Shown one piece after another: positions 1 through 9,331 of a stretch of 64,000 bases of DNA; within the stretch, counting starts at the first letter, position 1; every line of letters begins with the position of its first letter. A model generated the notes under the pieces. It worked only from the letters and a program-made list of their open reading frames with translations. It did not search any database and was not told the DNA's origin. Source of the stretch: Candidatus Kuenenbacteria bacterium HGW-Kuenenbacteria-1 (GTDB lineage Bacteria > Patescibacteriota > Patescibacteriia > UBA2591 > PGYQ01). Position numbers and translations under genes: made by a program. The stretch lies in the NCBI GenBank assembly GCA_002839745.1, contig PGYQ01000002.1:21515-85514 (forward strand), in the 5' to 3' direction.

Positions 1-3
1 CCT

Positions 4-1116
4 TTGACTATTTTAGGATGTTCTTCTGCAGGAAAATCGCCATTAAAATGGTTTAATATTTTTATAAAAGGATTAAAATTAATTTTTTTTAAAGATGAGA
101 ATTACCCTCAAATTTTAATTTTAGAAATGGGCGCTAACAAACCAAACGACATTGGATATTTAATTAAAATTGCTCCTTGTAAAATTGGAATAATAACTGA
201 TATTGGATTAACTCATCTTGAAACTTTTGGTTCTTTAGAAAATATAATAAAAGAGAAACAAAGCATTATTAAACAACTTCCTCCTAATGGTTGGGCAATT
301 TTAAATGCGGATAGTAAAATAATTAAAAAAATAAAAAAGAAAACAGAAGCTCAAATTTTAAGTTTTGGATTTTCCGAAGAAGCTGATTTAAGATCGTCTG
401 AATTAATTTTAAATTATAAATTAGAAAATAATGAAAGCCTTAACTTAAAAGATCAAATAGCTAAAATTAAAGGAATTAATTTTAAAATAAATTATCAAGG
501 CAATGTAGTGCCTGTATTTTTAATGGATGTTATTGGCGAAGTAAGTGTTTATGCCGCTTTATCAGCAACAGCAGTAGGAATAATTTATAAAATGAATTTA
601 ATAGAAATTTCTGAGGCTTTAAGAGAATATAAATCACCACCCGGCCGAATGAATTTAATTAAAGGAATAAAAGAAACTTTATTAATTGATGGAACTTATA
701 ATGCCTCGCCTAAAACAATTGAAATAAGTTTAGAAATTTTGTCTCGACTTCCTTGTGTTGGGCAAAAATGGGCAATATTGGGCAATATGTTAGAATTGGG
801 AAAATTTAGTAAAGAAGAACATAAAAAAATTGGTAAAAAAATTATTGATAATAAAATTGATATTTTAATCACTTTGGGAGAACAAGCGCGAGAAATTGCA
901 ATTAGCGCTAAAGAAAATGGAATGTCAAATGATAAAATATTTTCTTTTGATTTTCCTGATGAAGCGGGAAAATTTATTCAAAATAGAATGGAGCAAGGAG
1001 ATATTCTTTTAATCAAAGGTTCACAAGGAATGAGAATGGAAAAAATAGTTAAAGAAATAATGGCCGAACCTTTACGCGCTAAAGAATTATTAGTAAGACA
1101 AGATTGGAATAATTAA
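4..1116 (+). CDS. murF: UDP-N-acetylmuramoyl-tripeptide--D-Ala-D-Ala ligase (5'-truncated by window edge)
   Basis: Mur ligase motifs LEMGA, HLETFGS, PPGRM, IDGTYNASP, ILGNMLELG, LIKGSQGMRMEKIV. Confidence 0.9.
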   Translation: MTILGCSSAGKSPLKWFNIFIKGLKLIFFKDENYPQILILEMGANKPNDIGYLIKIAPCKIGIITDIGLTHLETFGSLENIIKEKQSIIKQLPPNGWAILNADSKIIKKIKKKTEAQILSFGFSEEADLRSSELILNYKLENNESLNLKDQIAKIKGINFKINYQGNVVPVFLMDVIGEVSVYAALSATAVGIIYKMNLIEISEALREYKSPPGRMNLIKGIKETLLIDGTYNASPKTIEISLEILSRLPCVGQKWAILGNMLELGKFSKEEHKKIGKKIIDNKIDILITLGEQAREIAISAKENGMSNDKIFSFDFPDEAGKFIQNRMEQGDILLIKGSQGMRMEKIVKEIMAEPLRAKELLVRQDWNN

Positions 1117-1131
1117 TTTTTTAAATTAAAT

Positions 1132-1159
1132 TTGACATATTTTTTATATATGTTATATT
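1132..1159 (+). promoter_or_regulatory. sigma70-type promoter of rplJL
   Basis: TTGACA (1132-1137), 16-bp spacer, TGn-TATATT extended -10 (1151-1159). Confidence 0.6.
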
Positions 1160-1167
1160 GTGGATAA

Positions 1168-1217
1168 CCGTAGATAATAGGTATCTTTTTAAAAAAAGAG
1201 AATAAAACCTATCGAGG
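1168..1217 (+). promoter_or_regulatory. ribosomal protein L10 leader RNA (autoregulatory)
   Basis: CCGTAGATAATAGGT...AATAAAACCTATCGAGG resembles the L10-leader kink-turn core; lies directly upstream of rplJ. Confidence 0.65.
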
Positions 1218-1319
1218 CCAAAAATACAAAATTTAAAACGCAAAATAAAAGGCGGAAAATAAATTTTATATTTAATATCTACAAATGTAGATTTTTTTAT
1301 TTTCTAAAAATTGTTTTAT

Positions 1320-1844
1320 ATGGCTAAAACTAAAGAACAAAAACAAGAAACAATTAAACAATTATCTGACAAACTTTCTCAAATGAAATCAATGGTTTTT
1401 ATAAATTATTATGGTTTAAAAGTTATTGAGCTTCAAAAATTAAGAAAACTTTGCAAAGAACAAAAAATTGATTTTTTGGTTACTAAAAAAAAGTTATTTA
1501 AATTGTGTTTAGAAAAAAATAACTTAAACAATATTGCTTCTAAAAAATTAGAAAAAGAATTGGGAATAATTTTTAGTTATGAAGATGAAATTGCACCAGC
1601 TAAAATTTTAAAAGATTTTCAAAAAGAACATAAAATTTTAAAAATAAGTGGTGGAATTTTAGAAAGAAATTTTATTGAACCAAATGAGATATTAAAATTA
1701 GCTCAATTACCATCTAAACAAGAATTAATAGCTATGGTAGTAAAAGGAATAAATGCGCCAATTTCTGGGTTTGTTAATGTTTTGGCTGGTAATTTACGAA
1801 ATTTTGTTTGTGTATTGCAAGCAATTAAAGAAAAAAATATTTAA
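1320..1844 (+). CDS. rplJ: 50S ribosomal protein L10
   Basis: MAKTKEQK start, LAQLPSKQEL, adjacent to rplL; ATG at 1320 preferred over TTG at 1311. Confidence 0.95.
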   Translation: MAKTKEQKQETIKQLSDKLSQMKSMVFINYYGLKVIELQKLRKLCKEQKIDFLVTKKKLFKLCLEKNNLNNIASKKLEKELGIIFSYEDEIAPAKILKDFQKEHKILKISGGILERNFIEPNEILKLAQLPSKQELIAMVVKGINAPISGFVNVLAGNLRNFVCVLQAIKEKNI

Positions 1845-1901
1845 TTTTATTTATTAATAAATCCATAACATTTAAGCGTATGGATTATAAGGATTAATTT
1901 T

Positions 1902-2309
1902 ATGGAAGAAGAAATGCAAGTTGAAATTCCAGCTAAATTTAAAGATTTAGTGGAACAAATAGAAAAATTATCCGTTTTAGATTTAGCGGAATTGGTTAAA
2001 GTTTTAGAGAAAAAATTTGGAGTTTCTGCTACAGCAGCTCCAATAGTTATGGCAGCAATAGCCACAGGAGCGACTGAAGGAGAAAAAGCTGAAGAAAAAA
2101 CCAGTTTTAATATAGAATTAACAGCATCTGGAGATAATAAAATAGGAGTAATTAAGGTAATTAGAGAAATAACACAATTAGGATTAAAAGAATGTAAAGA
2201 TTTAGTAGATGCAGCTCCTAAAATGATAAAAGAAGGAGTATCTAAAGAAGAGGCCGAACAAATAAAGAAAAAAATAGAAGAAGCTGGTGGCAAAGCAGAA
2301 TTAAAATAA
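1902..2309 (+). CDS. rplL: 50S ribosomal protein L7/L12
   Basis: [50 protein letters not shown]. Confidence 0.98.
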   Translation: MEEEMQVEIPAKFKDLVEQIEKLSVLDLAELVKVLEKKFGVSATAAPIVMAAIATGATEGEKAEEKTSFNIELTASGDNKIGVIKVIREITQLGLKECKDLVDAAPKMIKEGVSKEEAEQIKKKIEEAGGKAELK

Positions 2310-2422
2310 GTAAAAGAATAAAAAAATTTAAAAAATTTGTTCCTGAGGGGAAGGGGGCAAATTTTAAATGGGATGAAAAATTCCCCATTCCGATTATTTC
2401 GGAAATTCTCGTCCGAGTAAAG

Positions 2423-2905
2423 ATGAGAATTTTTTGGAATGAAATCGGAACGCGATTTCCAGGCGGAACCGTCTGGCCCCAAGCATGCTCGGGATTTTTA
2501 GAATTTTACCGAGCATTAAATAATCCCTTGGAATTTGGGATTATTTCTTCAGGACACGATTTATTTATTGAAAAGTGTTTTGAAGTATGGGGTATTGAAA
2601 TTCCAAAAATTGTGGTCACTGACGACTTGATGCGAAGTCGTCGATGCGACAATTTTTCCCAGGCGGAAAGAGTAAAGCCTGGGGTTGGTCCATTTAAAAT
2701 TTTTTGCGAAGAATATAAAAAACTTTATGCAAAAAATTTAAATAAGGACCAAGTGCTGTATATTGGGGACAGCGCAAAAATGGATGATGATTTTGCAAGA
2801 AATTGTAAAATCTCATTTATTTTGTTCAACCCCAATGAATCAGATTTTAAGGGAAAATCAATTTCTGATTGGCGAGAATTAAAGGAGGTGATTTTAAAAA
2901 AATAA
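2423..2905 (+). pseudogene. HAD-superfamily hydrolase, apparently 5'-truncated fragment
   Basis: HAD motifs II-IV (GIISSG, VKP, YIGDSAKMDD) present but no motif I DxD; the frame stays open upstream without a start; higher GC than neighbours. Confidence 0.55.
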
Positions 2906-2939
2906 AACCCGTAATCAATTTATTTGATTACGGGTTTTA
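2903..2939. terminator. intrinsic terminator hairpin
   Basis: TAAAACCCGTAATCAA-tttat-TTGATTACGGGTTTTA, perfect 16-bp inverted repeat. Confidence 0.85.
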
Positions 2940-2980
2940 AATTAATTTGTCAAATTTAAATTTTTTGCTATAATAAAAAA

Positions 2981-3519
2981 ATGAATAAATCAAATAAATT
3001 AAACTGGTATGTTTTAACTGGCGGACCTTCTTCTGGTAAAACCACTTTAATTAAAGAATTAAAAAAATTGGGCTATATTGTTTTTCTAGAAGCAGCCCGA
3101 GTTTTTATTGACAAAGAAATAGCCAAGGGTAAAATATTAAAAGAAATCAGAAACAATGAGACTGAATTTCAAAAAAAAATTTTAAAAATAAAAATAAAAA
3201 CAGAAAAAATAGCTCCAAAAAATAAAATAGTTTTTTTTGATAGAGCAATTCCCGATAGCATTGCTTATTATCAAACCTGTGGATTAAATCCAAAAGAAGT
3301 TTTAAAATTTTATAAAAAAAAATTTACAGAAAGATATTTTTTTTAGAACAACTTCCATTTGAAAATGATTATGCCCGAATTGAAGATAGCAAAACTATTA
3401 AAAAATTAAATAACCTTTTAAAAAAAAGTTATAAAGATTTAGGATATGAAATTATAAATATCCCTATAATGTCTATAGAAAAAAGAGTTCAAAAAATTTT
3501 AAGTGAGATAAAAAATTAA
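2981..3519 (+). CDS. AAA_28 (NadR/Ttd14-like) P-loop ATPase, split by a frameshift at an A9 run (3314-3322)
   Basis: GGPSSGKTT, EAAR, FFDRAIPD; the -1 frame continues YRKIFFLEQLPFENDYARIED to a stop at 3519. Confidence 0.75.
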
Positions 3520-3524
3520 AATTT

Positions 3525-4541
3525 ATGCAAACTTATACTAAAGCAGGAGTAAATAGAAAATTAAGAGAAAAAGCAAAAAAATCTCTTAATGATTTTGAAG
3601 AAACTTTTAATTTAAGCAACCATGGCAAAATAATAAAAACTCCTTTTAATGTTCTTTATCCGATTAATAAAAATCTTTATCAAGTAAAAACCTGTGATGG
3701 CGTTGGAACAAAAGTTCTTTTGGCTGAATTGGCTCAAAAACACGATACTATTGGAATTGATGCTGTGGCAATGGTAGTTAATGATTGTATTCGTTGTGGT
3801 GCAAAACCAATTGCTATCACTGATATTATTGATATTAAAAAATCAGAACCAAAATTATTAAAGGAAATTGAAAAAGGATTAATTCAAGGGATAAAAGAAG
3901 CAGATTGCCCTTTAGTAGGAGGTGAAACAGCTGATGTGCCTGAACTTTTAAACACAACTTATCATATTAATTGCGATTGCGTTGGAGAAATAAAAAAGAA
4001 AAATATAATTACTGGCGAAAAAATAAAAGAAAACGACGTGATTATTGGCTTCCCTAGTTCAGGAATTCATTCTAATGGTTTAACTTTAGTTAGAAAAGTT
4101 CTTTTTAAAAAATGGGGCGGAAAATTTAATTTTTTTGAAAAGCCAGCTGAATTAAATAAATCATTAATTTATGAATGTTTAGAGCCAACAAAAATTTATG
4201 TTAAATTATTTTTTAAAATTGCCAAAAAATTTGAAATTTTAGGCGCGGTTCATATTACTGGCGATGCTTATTTAAAATTTAAAAAGTTAAATCTTGGTTT
4301 TGAATTTTTTAATTTTAAACCTCAACCAATTTTTAATTTAATTCAAAAAACAGGAAAAATTAATAATAAGGAAATGTTTCAAACTTTTAATATGGGTTGG
4401 GGATTTGCTATTATTGTTAAAGAAAAAGATGCGAACAATATTTTACATTTATACCAAAAAGAGAAAGTGGAAGTAATTGGCAAAGTAATTAATAAAAATA
4501 AAATTATTATTAATTATCAAAAAAAGATTTTTATTATTTAA
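3525..4541 (+). CDS. purM: phosphoribosylformylglycinamidine cyclo-ligase (AIR synthetase)
   Basis: DGVGTK, IGIDAVAMVVND, GGETA, SSGIHSNG, HITG, TFNMG. Confidence 0.95.
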   Translation: MQTYTKAGVNRKLREKAKKSLNDFEETFNLSNHGKIIKTPFNVLYPINKNLYQVKTCDGVGTKVLLAELAQKHDTIGIDAVAMVVNDCIRCGAKPIAITDIIDIKKSEPKLLKEIEKGLIQGIKEADCPLVGGETADVPELLNTTYHINCDCVGEIKKKNIITGEKIKENDVIIGFPSSGIHSNGLTLVRKVLFKKWGGKFNFFEKPAELNKSLIYECLEPTKIYVKLFFKIAKKFEILGAVHITGDAYLKFKKLNLGFEFFNFKPQPIFNLIQKTGKINNKEMFQTFNMGWGFAIIVKEKDANNILHLYQKEKVEVIGKVINKNKIIINYQKKIFII

Positions 4542-4546
4542 AATAT

Positions 4547-5989
4547 ATGCCTGATTTAAATTTAATTATGCCGGGCAATCCTCGTTATCAACCTAAAGAA
4601 ATGGCGTCTGTTTTTGGGTATGATAATTTATATAAAAAAATTGCTGAAGTAGAATTAGCAACTTTGGATACACTTTATGATTTAGGAATTATTCCAAAAA
4701 CAGATTGGAAAAAATTAAATAAAAAAACAAGACAAGAAATTCTTTCAATTAGAACAACAGCTGTGGATAAAGTTGAACAAGAAATAACGCATCATGATAT
4801 CAGAGCATTTGTAAGATGCGCTCAGGAAATTTTAGATAAAAAAATCGCTCGCTGGGTGCACATTCCTTTAACAAGTTATGATGTAATTGATACTGCTAGA
4901 ATTTTACAATTTAAAGAAGCTTATCAAGTAGCTCTTAAGCCTGCTTTAATCAGCATCACACAAATTTTTATTAAATTAATTAAAAATAATTCTCAACAAA
5001 TTCAAATTGGAAGAACTCATGGTCAACATGCTTTACCAATCACTGTTGGTTTTTGGTTAGCAACTATTTTAAATCGCATTATTAATAATTGGGAAAAAAT
5101 GGATTATTTTTATAATAATTTATCTGGAAAAATTTCTGGAGCAGTTGGCGCGCATAACGGGCAAATTGGTTTAAAATTATCAAACTTAAAAAATAATGAA
5201 ACTTTTGAAGAAAAAGTACTTAAAAAATTAGATTTAAAACCAGCTCAAATTAGCACACAAATTTTACCACCCGAGCCTTTAGCATATTTTCTTTTTTCAA
5301 TAATAAATATGTCAGCAACTTTTGGACAATTTGGACGAGACTCAAGACAATTAATGAGAAGTGAAATAGCTGAAATAACAGAATCATTTGAAGCAGGTCA
5401 AGTTGGATCTTCAACAATGGCTCATAAAAGAAATCCAATTAATTTTGAAAATTTGGAAGGTATGTGGCTTCGAACAAAAAATGAATTTGGAAAAGTTTTA
5501 GATACTTTAATTAGCGAACATCAAAGAGATTTAGTTGGAAGTTCTGTAGCCAGAGATTATCCAATTATTCTTATAAATCTTCAACAACAATTAAATACTT
5601 TGCTTAAAAAAAATAAAAATAACGTGGCGTTTTTAGAAAGATTGTCTATAAATAAAAAAGCTTGCGAGATTAATTTTAAAAAAAATGCTAATATAATTTT
5701 AGCTGAACCAATGTATATTGCTTTACAAATGGCAGGCTATAAAGAAGACGCTCACGAATTAGTTAATAGAAAATTAGTTCCAATTTCTCAAGAAAAAAAT
5801 ATTTCTCTAATTGAAGCATTGGAAAAATTAATGATAAATGATAAAATATTAAAAAATGTTGTTAAAAATATTCCTATTGAAGTTTGGGAATTATTAAAAT
5901 CACCTGAAAAATATATTGGCGATGCCAAAGAAAAATCATTAGAAGTTGTAAAATATGCAAAAAGTTTTTTAGATAAAATAGAGAAATAA
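4547..5989 (+). CDS. purB: adenylosuccinate lyase
   Basis: THHD, GRTHGQHALP, GAVG, signature GSSTMAHKRNP. Confidence 0.93.
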   Translation: MPDLNLIMPGNPRYQPKEMASVFGYDNLYKKIAEVELATLDTLYDLGIIPKTDWKKLNKKTRQEILSIRTTAVDKVEQEITHHDIRAFVRCAQEILDKKIARWVHIPLTSYDVIDTARILQFKEAYQVALKPALISITQIFIKLIKNNSQQIQIGRTHGQHALPITVGFWLATILNRIINNWEKMDYFYNNLSGKISGAVGAHNGQIGLKLSNLKNNETFEEKVLKKLDLKPAQISTQILPPEPLAYFLFSIINMSATFGQFGRDSRQLMRSEIAEITESFEAGQVGSSTMAHKRNPINFENLEGMWLRTKNEFGKVLDTLISEHQRDLVGSSVARDYPIILINLQQQLNTLLKKNKNNVAFLERLSINKKACEINFKKNANIILAEPMYIALQMAGYKEDAHELVNRKLVPISQEKNISLIEALEKLMINDKILKNVVKNIPIEVWELLKSPEKYIGDAKEKSLEVVKYAKSFLDKIEK

Positions 5990-6035
5990 AAGAAATAAGA
6001 ATAAAAAAATAATTTATTTTTTAATTTAAAAAAAT

Positions 6036-7362
6036 ATGACTTACGAAAAAGGGCAAAAAATTATTGAAGGTAAAACTAAAATTATTTGGGAAATTAAAAA
6101 TGATTCTAAAAATGTGCTTATTGAAAACAAAAATGATATTACTGCTTTTGATGATCCATCTTTTACTAAACAATTTAAAACCAAAGCTGAAAATGCCACA
6201 ACAGTAACTTGCAAAATATTTGAATTATTAAAACAAGCAGGAATTCCTGTTGCCTACAATGAACAATGTTCTGCTAATGAATTTTCCTCACCAAAATGCG
6301 TAATGATTCCTTTGGAAGTTGTTGAAAGACGATTTGCTGTTGGAAGTTATTTAAAAAGACACCCAGAATTTATTAAAAATGATAATATTTTGCCACACAG
6401 ATTTCATAAATTGCTTATTGAATTTTTTCTAAAAACAACAAAAGGTGGTTTAATTAATTCTAAAGGAGAAAAAATATTAGAAGGATTAGATGCTTTAAAA
6501 GGAGAAGAAGATCCTTTTATTATTAATCCATTTGATGATGAATGGAAACTTTTTCATTCTAAAAAACCAAATTGGACAGAAGAAGCAGATTTTAAAAAAA
6601 TAATTAAAGCTAGTGATGCTTTTTCTGAATATTCTCAAGAAATTATAAAAAAAAATTGATGAGCTTTCAAGAAAAACTTTTTTAGTTTTAGAAGGTGCTT
6701 GGAATACTTTAGGTTTTAGATTGATTGATATGAAAATTGAATTTGGTTTAGATGTTGATGGAAATTTATTAGTATCTGATGTGATTGATAATGATAGTTG
6801 GAGACTTAGAGATGCTGATTGGAAAGAATTAAGCAAAGAAGCTTTTAGACAAGGCGAAACATTAGATGAAGTTGAAAAAAATTATAGTTATGTCGCAACT
6901 TTAACACAAAATTTTAGAATTCCTAAACAAGTTTTAGTTTTATGGCGCGGATCAGACAGTGATACTTTTCCAGAATTATCTATTTTAAAAAATATTGCTG
7001 GTTTAAATATTGAAGAAATAACTTTATCAGGACATAAATCTACACAAATGTGTCTTAATAAATTAAATGAAATTATTGGAAAATTTCCTGATGCAGGTGT
7101 AATTTTAGCTAAAGTTGGTAGAAGTAATGGGCTTGGTCCAATTATCGCATCACGAACTTCTTGGCCAGTAATTACTATTCCTGCAACATTAGAAACATTT
7201 CAAGAAGATATTTGGAGTAGTATTAGAATGCCATCAAATGTTCCTTTAGCTACTGTTTGGCCAGAATCAAACGGAATACTATTAGCATCAGAAATCTTAG
7301 CGCAAAAAAATCCAATAATTTATCAAAAAAGACAATTAACAATTGAAGAACAAGATGAATAA
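6036..7362 (+). CDS. purC: bifunctional SAICAR synthetase / AIR carboxylase (PAICS-like PurC-PurE fusion), split by a +1 frameshift at an A9 run (6647-6655)
   Basis: EGKTK, MIPLEVVERR, DMKIEFG, DVIDNDSWRL (PurC), then GSDSD, SGHK, GRSNGLGP (PurE); the +1 frame is open from 6655. Confidence 0.85.
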
Positions 7363-7394
7363 AAATTTATATTTAAAAGATAAAATTTAAAATA

Positions 7395-9329
7395 ATGAAA
7401 AATATATTTGAACAACTTATAGATTTATTAAAAAAAGACGAGCGACTTGTTTCGCAAGACGGTATTCTTTTGAAAAATCAAACACAGGAATTGGCGCGCA
7501 AGAATGATCCGACGCTCTTAAAACTTTTGCTTTCCGATAAAACGATAAAACAACACTTCTTTTTTGAAATAGAAAAAACGCTGATTTTTGATAAAGAAAA
7601 ATTTATCCGTTTTGTTTCCAACAAACAATTTTTGCCGGATTCTTATACCGCTTTCAAAAACAAAATCGGTTTAACTGCTAACGATGAATATGTGAGTGAA
7701 AACAAAGAAGTGGTTTTGGCGTGGCCTTATAAAGATTGTGTTTTGGAAGGCGGAATGACTAAAGAAGACCAAAAGCGCGACGAGATTTTTTATAACGAAA
7801 CACTTGCGCCGGACGACATTAATCGCTTATTGGATGCCAAAGTTTTTACCAATTTCAAACGAATAGATAAAAAAGGCGAACACAAACTGAACGGCTTCAA
7901 TCGCGATGAAAAAGGCACAATTAAAGACAATTTAATTATCAAAGGCAATAACCTGCTCGCCCTTGCCTCGCTCAAAAAAGAATTCGCCGGAAAAGTGAAA
8001 CTTATTTACATTGATCCGCCATACAATACCGGCAATGATGGATTTAAATACAATGATTCATTCAATCATTCCTCGTGGCTTGTTTTTATAAAGAATAGAT
8101 TAGAGATAGCAAAAATATTGTTATCTAATGATGGTGTTATTTTTATACATTGCGATAATAACGAGCAGGCATACCTAAAAGTAATGATGGATGAAATTTT
8201 TGATAGGGATAATTTTATTGACATAATAACGGTTGTTAATAATCCAAGGGGACGAGATTATGGTGGCATTGCTAAAATGCACGAATTTATAAATGTATAT
8301 GCAAAATCATCTGATTATAAATTATATAGATTAGAAGAGCCAAATAAAGAATTTCCTTTTGCTGATAATATTAGCGGTTTTGAAATAAGGGAATTAAGAA
8401 ATAGAAATGTTAAATTTAACGATACAAATCGTCCAAACCTAGTTTATCCATTTTTTGTTAATTCTAAAAAAGAAGATAAAAATGGGTTTTTTGATATTGG
8501 TTTAGAACAAAAGACTGGGTGGGTAAAGGTTATGCCGGCTAAATCACAAGGTATTCAAACTGTTTGGCGGTGGGGCAGAGAAAAGTCAGCAAAAGAATTA
8601 AATATAAATATTTGTGGTAAACAAATGCAAAATGGTGGTTGGCAAATTGTTGAAAAATATCGCGAAAAAACAACAATGGCGAGGTCTGTTTGGTGGGATA
8701 AAAATGTAAATTCTGAAAGAGGAACGCTACATCTCAAAGAAATGTTTGGGAGTAAGTTATTTGATTATCCAAAACCAGAGGAAACACTACACAGAATTAT
8801 TGAGATGGCGACAAGACAGAATGATCTTGTTTTAGATTTTTTTGCTGGCTCGGGTACGACTTTAGCGGTGGCACACAAAACCGGACGACAATATATTGGT
8901 ATTGAGCAAATGGATTATATCCACGATTTGCCGGAAACGCGGCTCAAGAAAGTGATTGCCGGCGAGCAGGGTGGAATTTCCGAAGCCATCGGCTGGAAAG
9001 GCGGCGGGGATTTTGGCTATATGGAACTTGCTAAATGGAACGAAAAATGGATAGAAAAAATTGAAAAAGCAAAAACAGGCGAAGAGCTTTCCAAACTTTG
9101 GGGTGAGATGAAAGAAACCGCCTTTTTGAGCTACAAGGTAGATCCGAAAACGATTGACGCAAACGCCAAAGATTTTGCGGATTTGAGTGCCGCTGATCAA
9201 AAGAAGTTTTTAATTGAGTGCTTAGATAAAAACCAGCTCTATATCAATTTAAGCGAAATTGAGGATAAAGAGTACGAAGTGAGCAAGGAAGATAAAGCAC
9301 TCAATAAAAACTTCTATAACGGCAAATAA
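7395..9329 (+). CDS. mod: type III R-M DNA methyltransferase (Mod)
   Basis: IYIDPPYNTG, PKPEE, DFFAGSGTT; beta-class motif order with a central TRD. Confidence 0.93.
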   Translation: MKNIFEQLIDLLKKDERLVSQDGILLKNQTQELARKNDPTLLKLLLSDKTIKQHFFFEIEKTLIFDKEKFIRFVSNKQFLPDSYTAFKNKIGLTANDEYVSENKEVVLAWPYKDCVLEGGMTKEDQKRDEIFYNETLAPDDINRLLDAKVFTNFKRIDKKGEHKLNGFNRDEKGTIKDNLIIKGNNLLALASLKKEFAGKVKLIYIDPPYNTGNDGFKYNDSFNHSSWLVFIKNRLEIAKILLSNDGVIFIHCDNNEQAYLKVMMDEIFDRDNFIDIITVVNNPRGRDYGGIAKMHEFINVYAKSSDYKLYRLEEPNKEFPFADNISGFEIRELRNRNVKFNDTNRPNLVYPFFVNSKKEDKNGFFDIGLEQKTGWVKVMPAKSQGIQTVWRWGREKSAKELNINICGKQMQNGGWQIVEKYREKTTMARSVWWDKNVNSERGTLHLKEMFGSKLFDYPKPEETLHRIIEMATRQNDLVLDFFAGSGTTLAVAHKTGRQYIGIEQMDYIHDLPETRLKKVIAGEQGGISEAIGWKGGGDFGYMELAKWNEKWIEKIEKAKTGEELSKLWGEMKETAFLSYKVDPKTIDANAKDFADLSAADQKKFLIECLDKNQLYINLSEIEDKEYEVSKEDKALNKNFYNGK

Positions 9330-9331
9330 TT

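Noticed and set aside
1847-2482. 211-aa minus-strand ORF
   Set aside because: Antisense shadow of rplL; no motifs. The same applies to the other short antisense ORFs over mod, res, secD, ftsA and rpsB.
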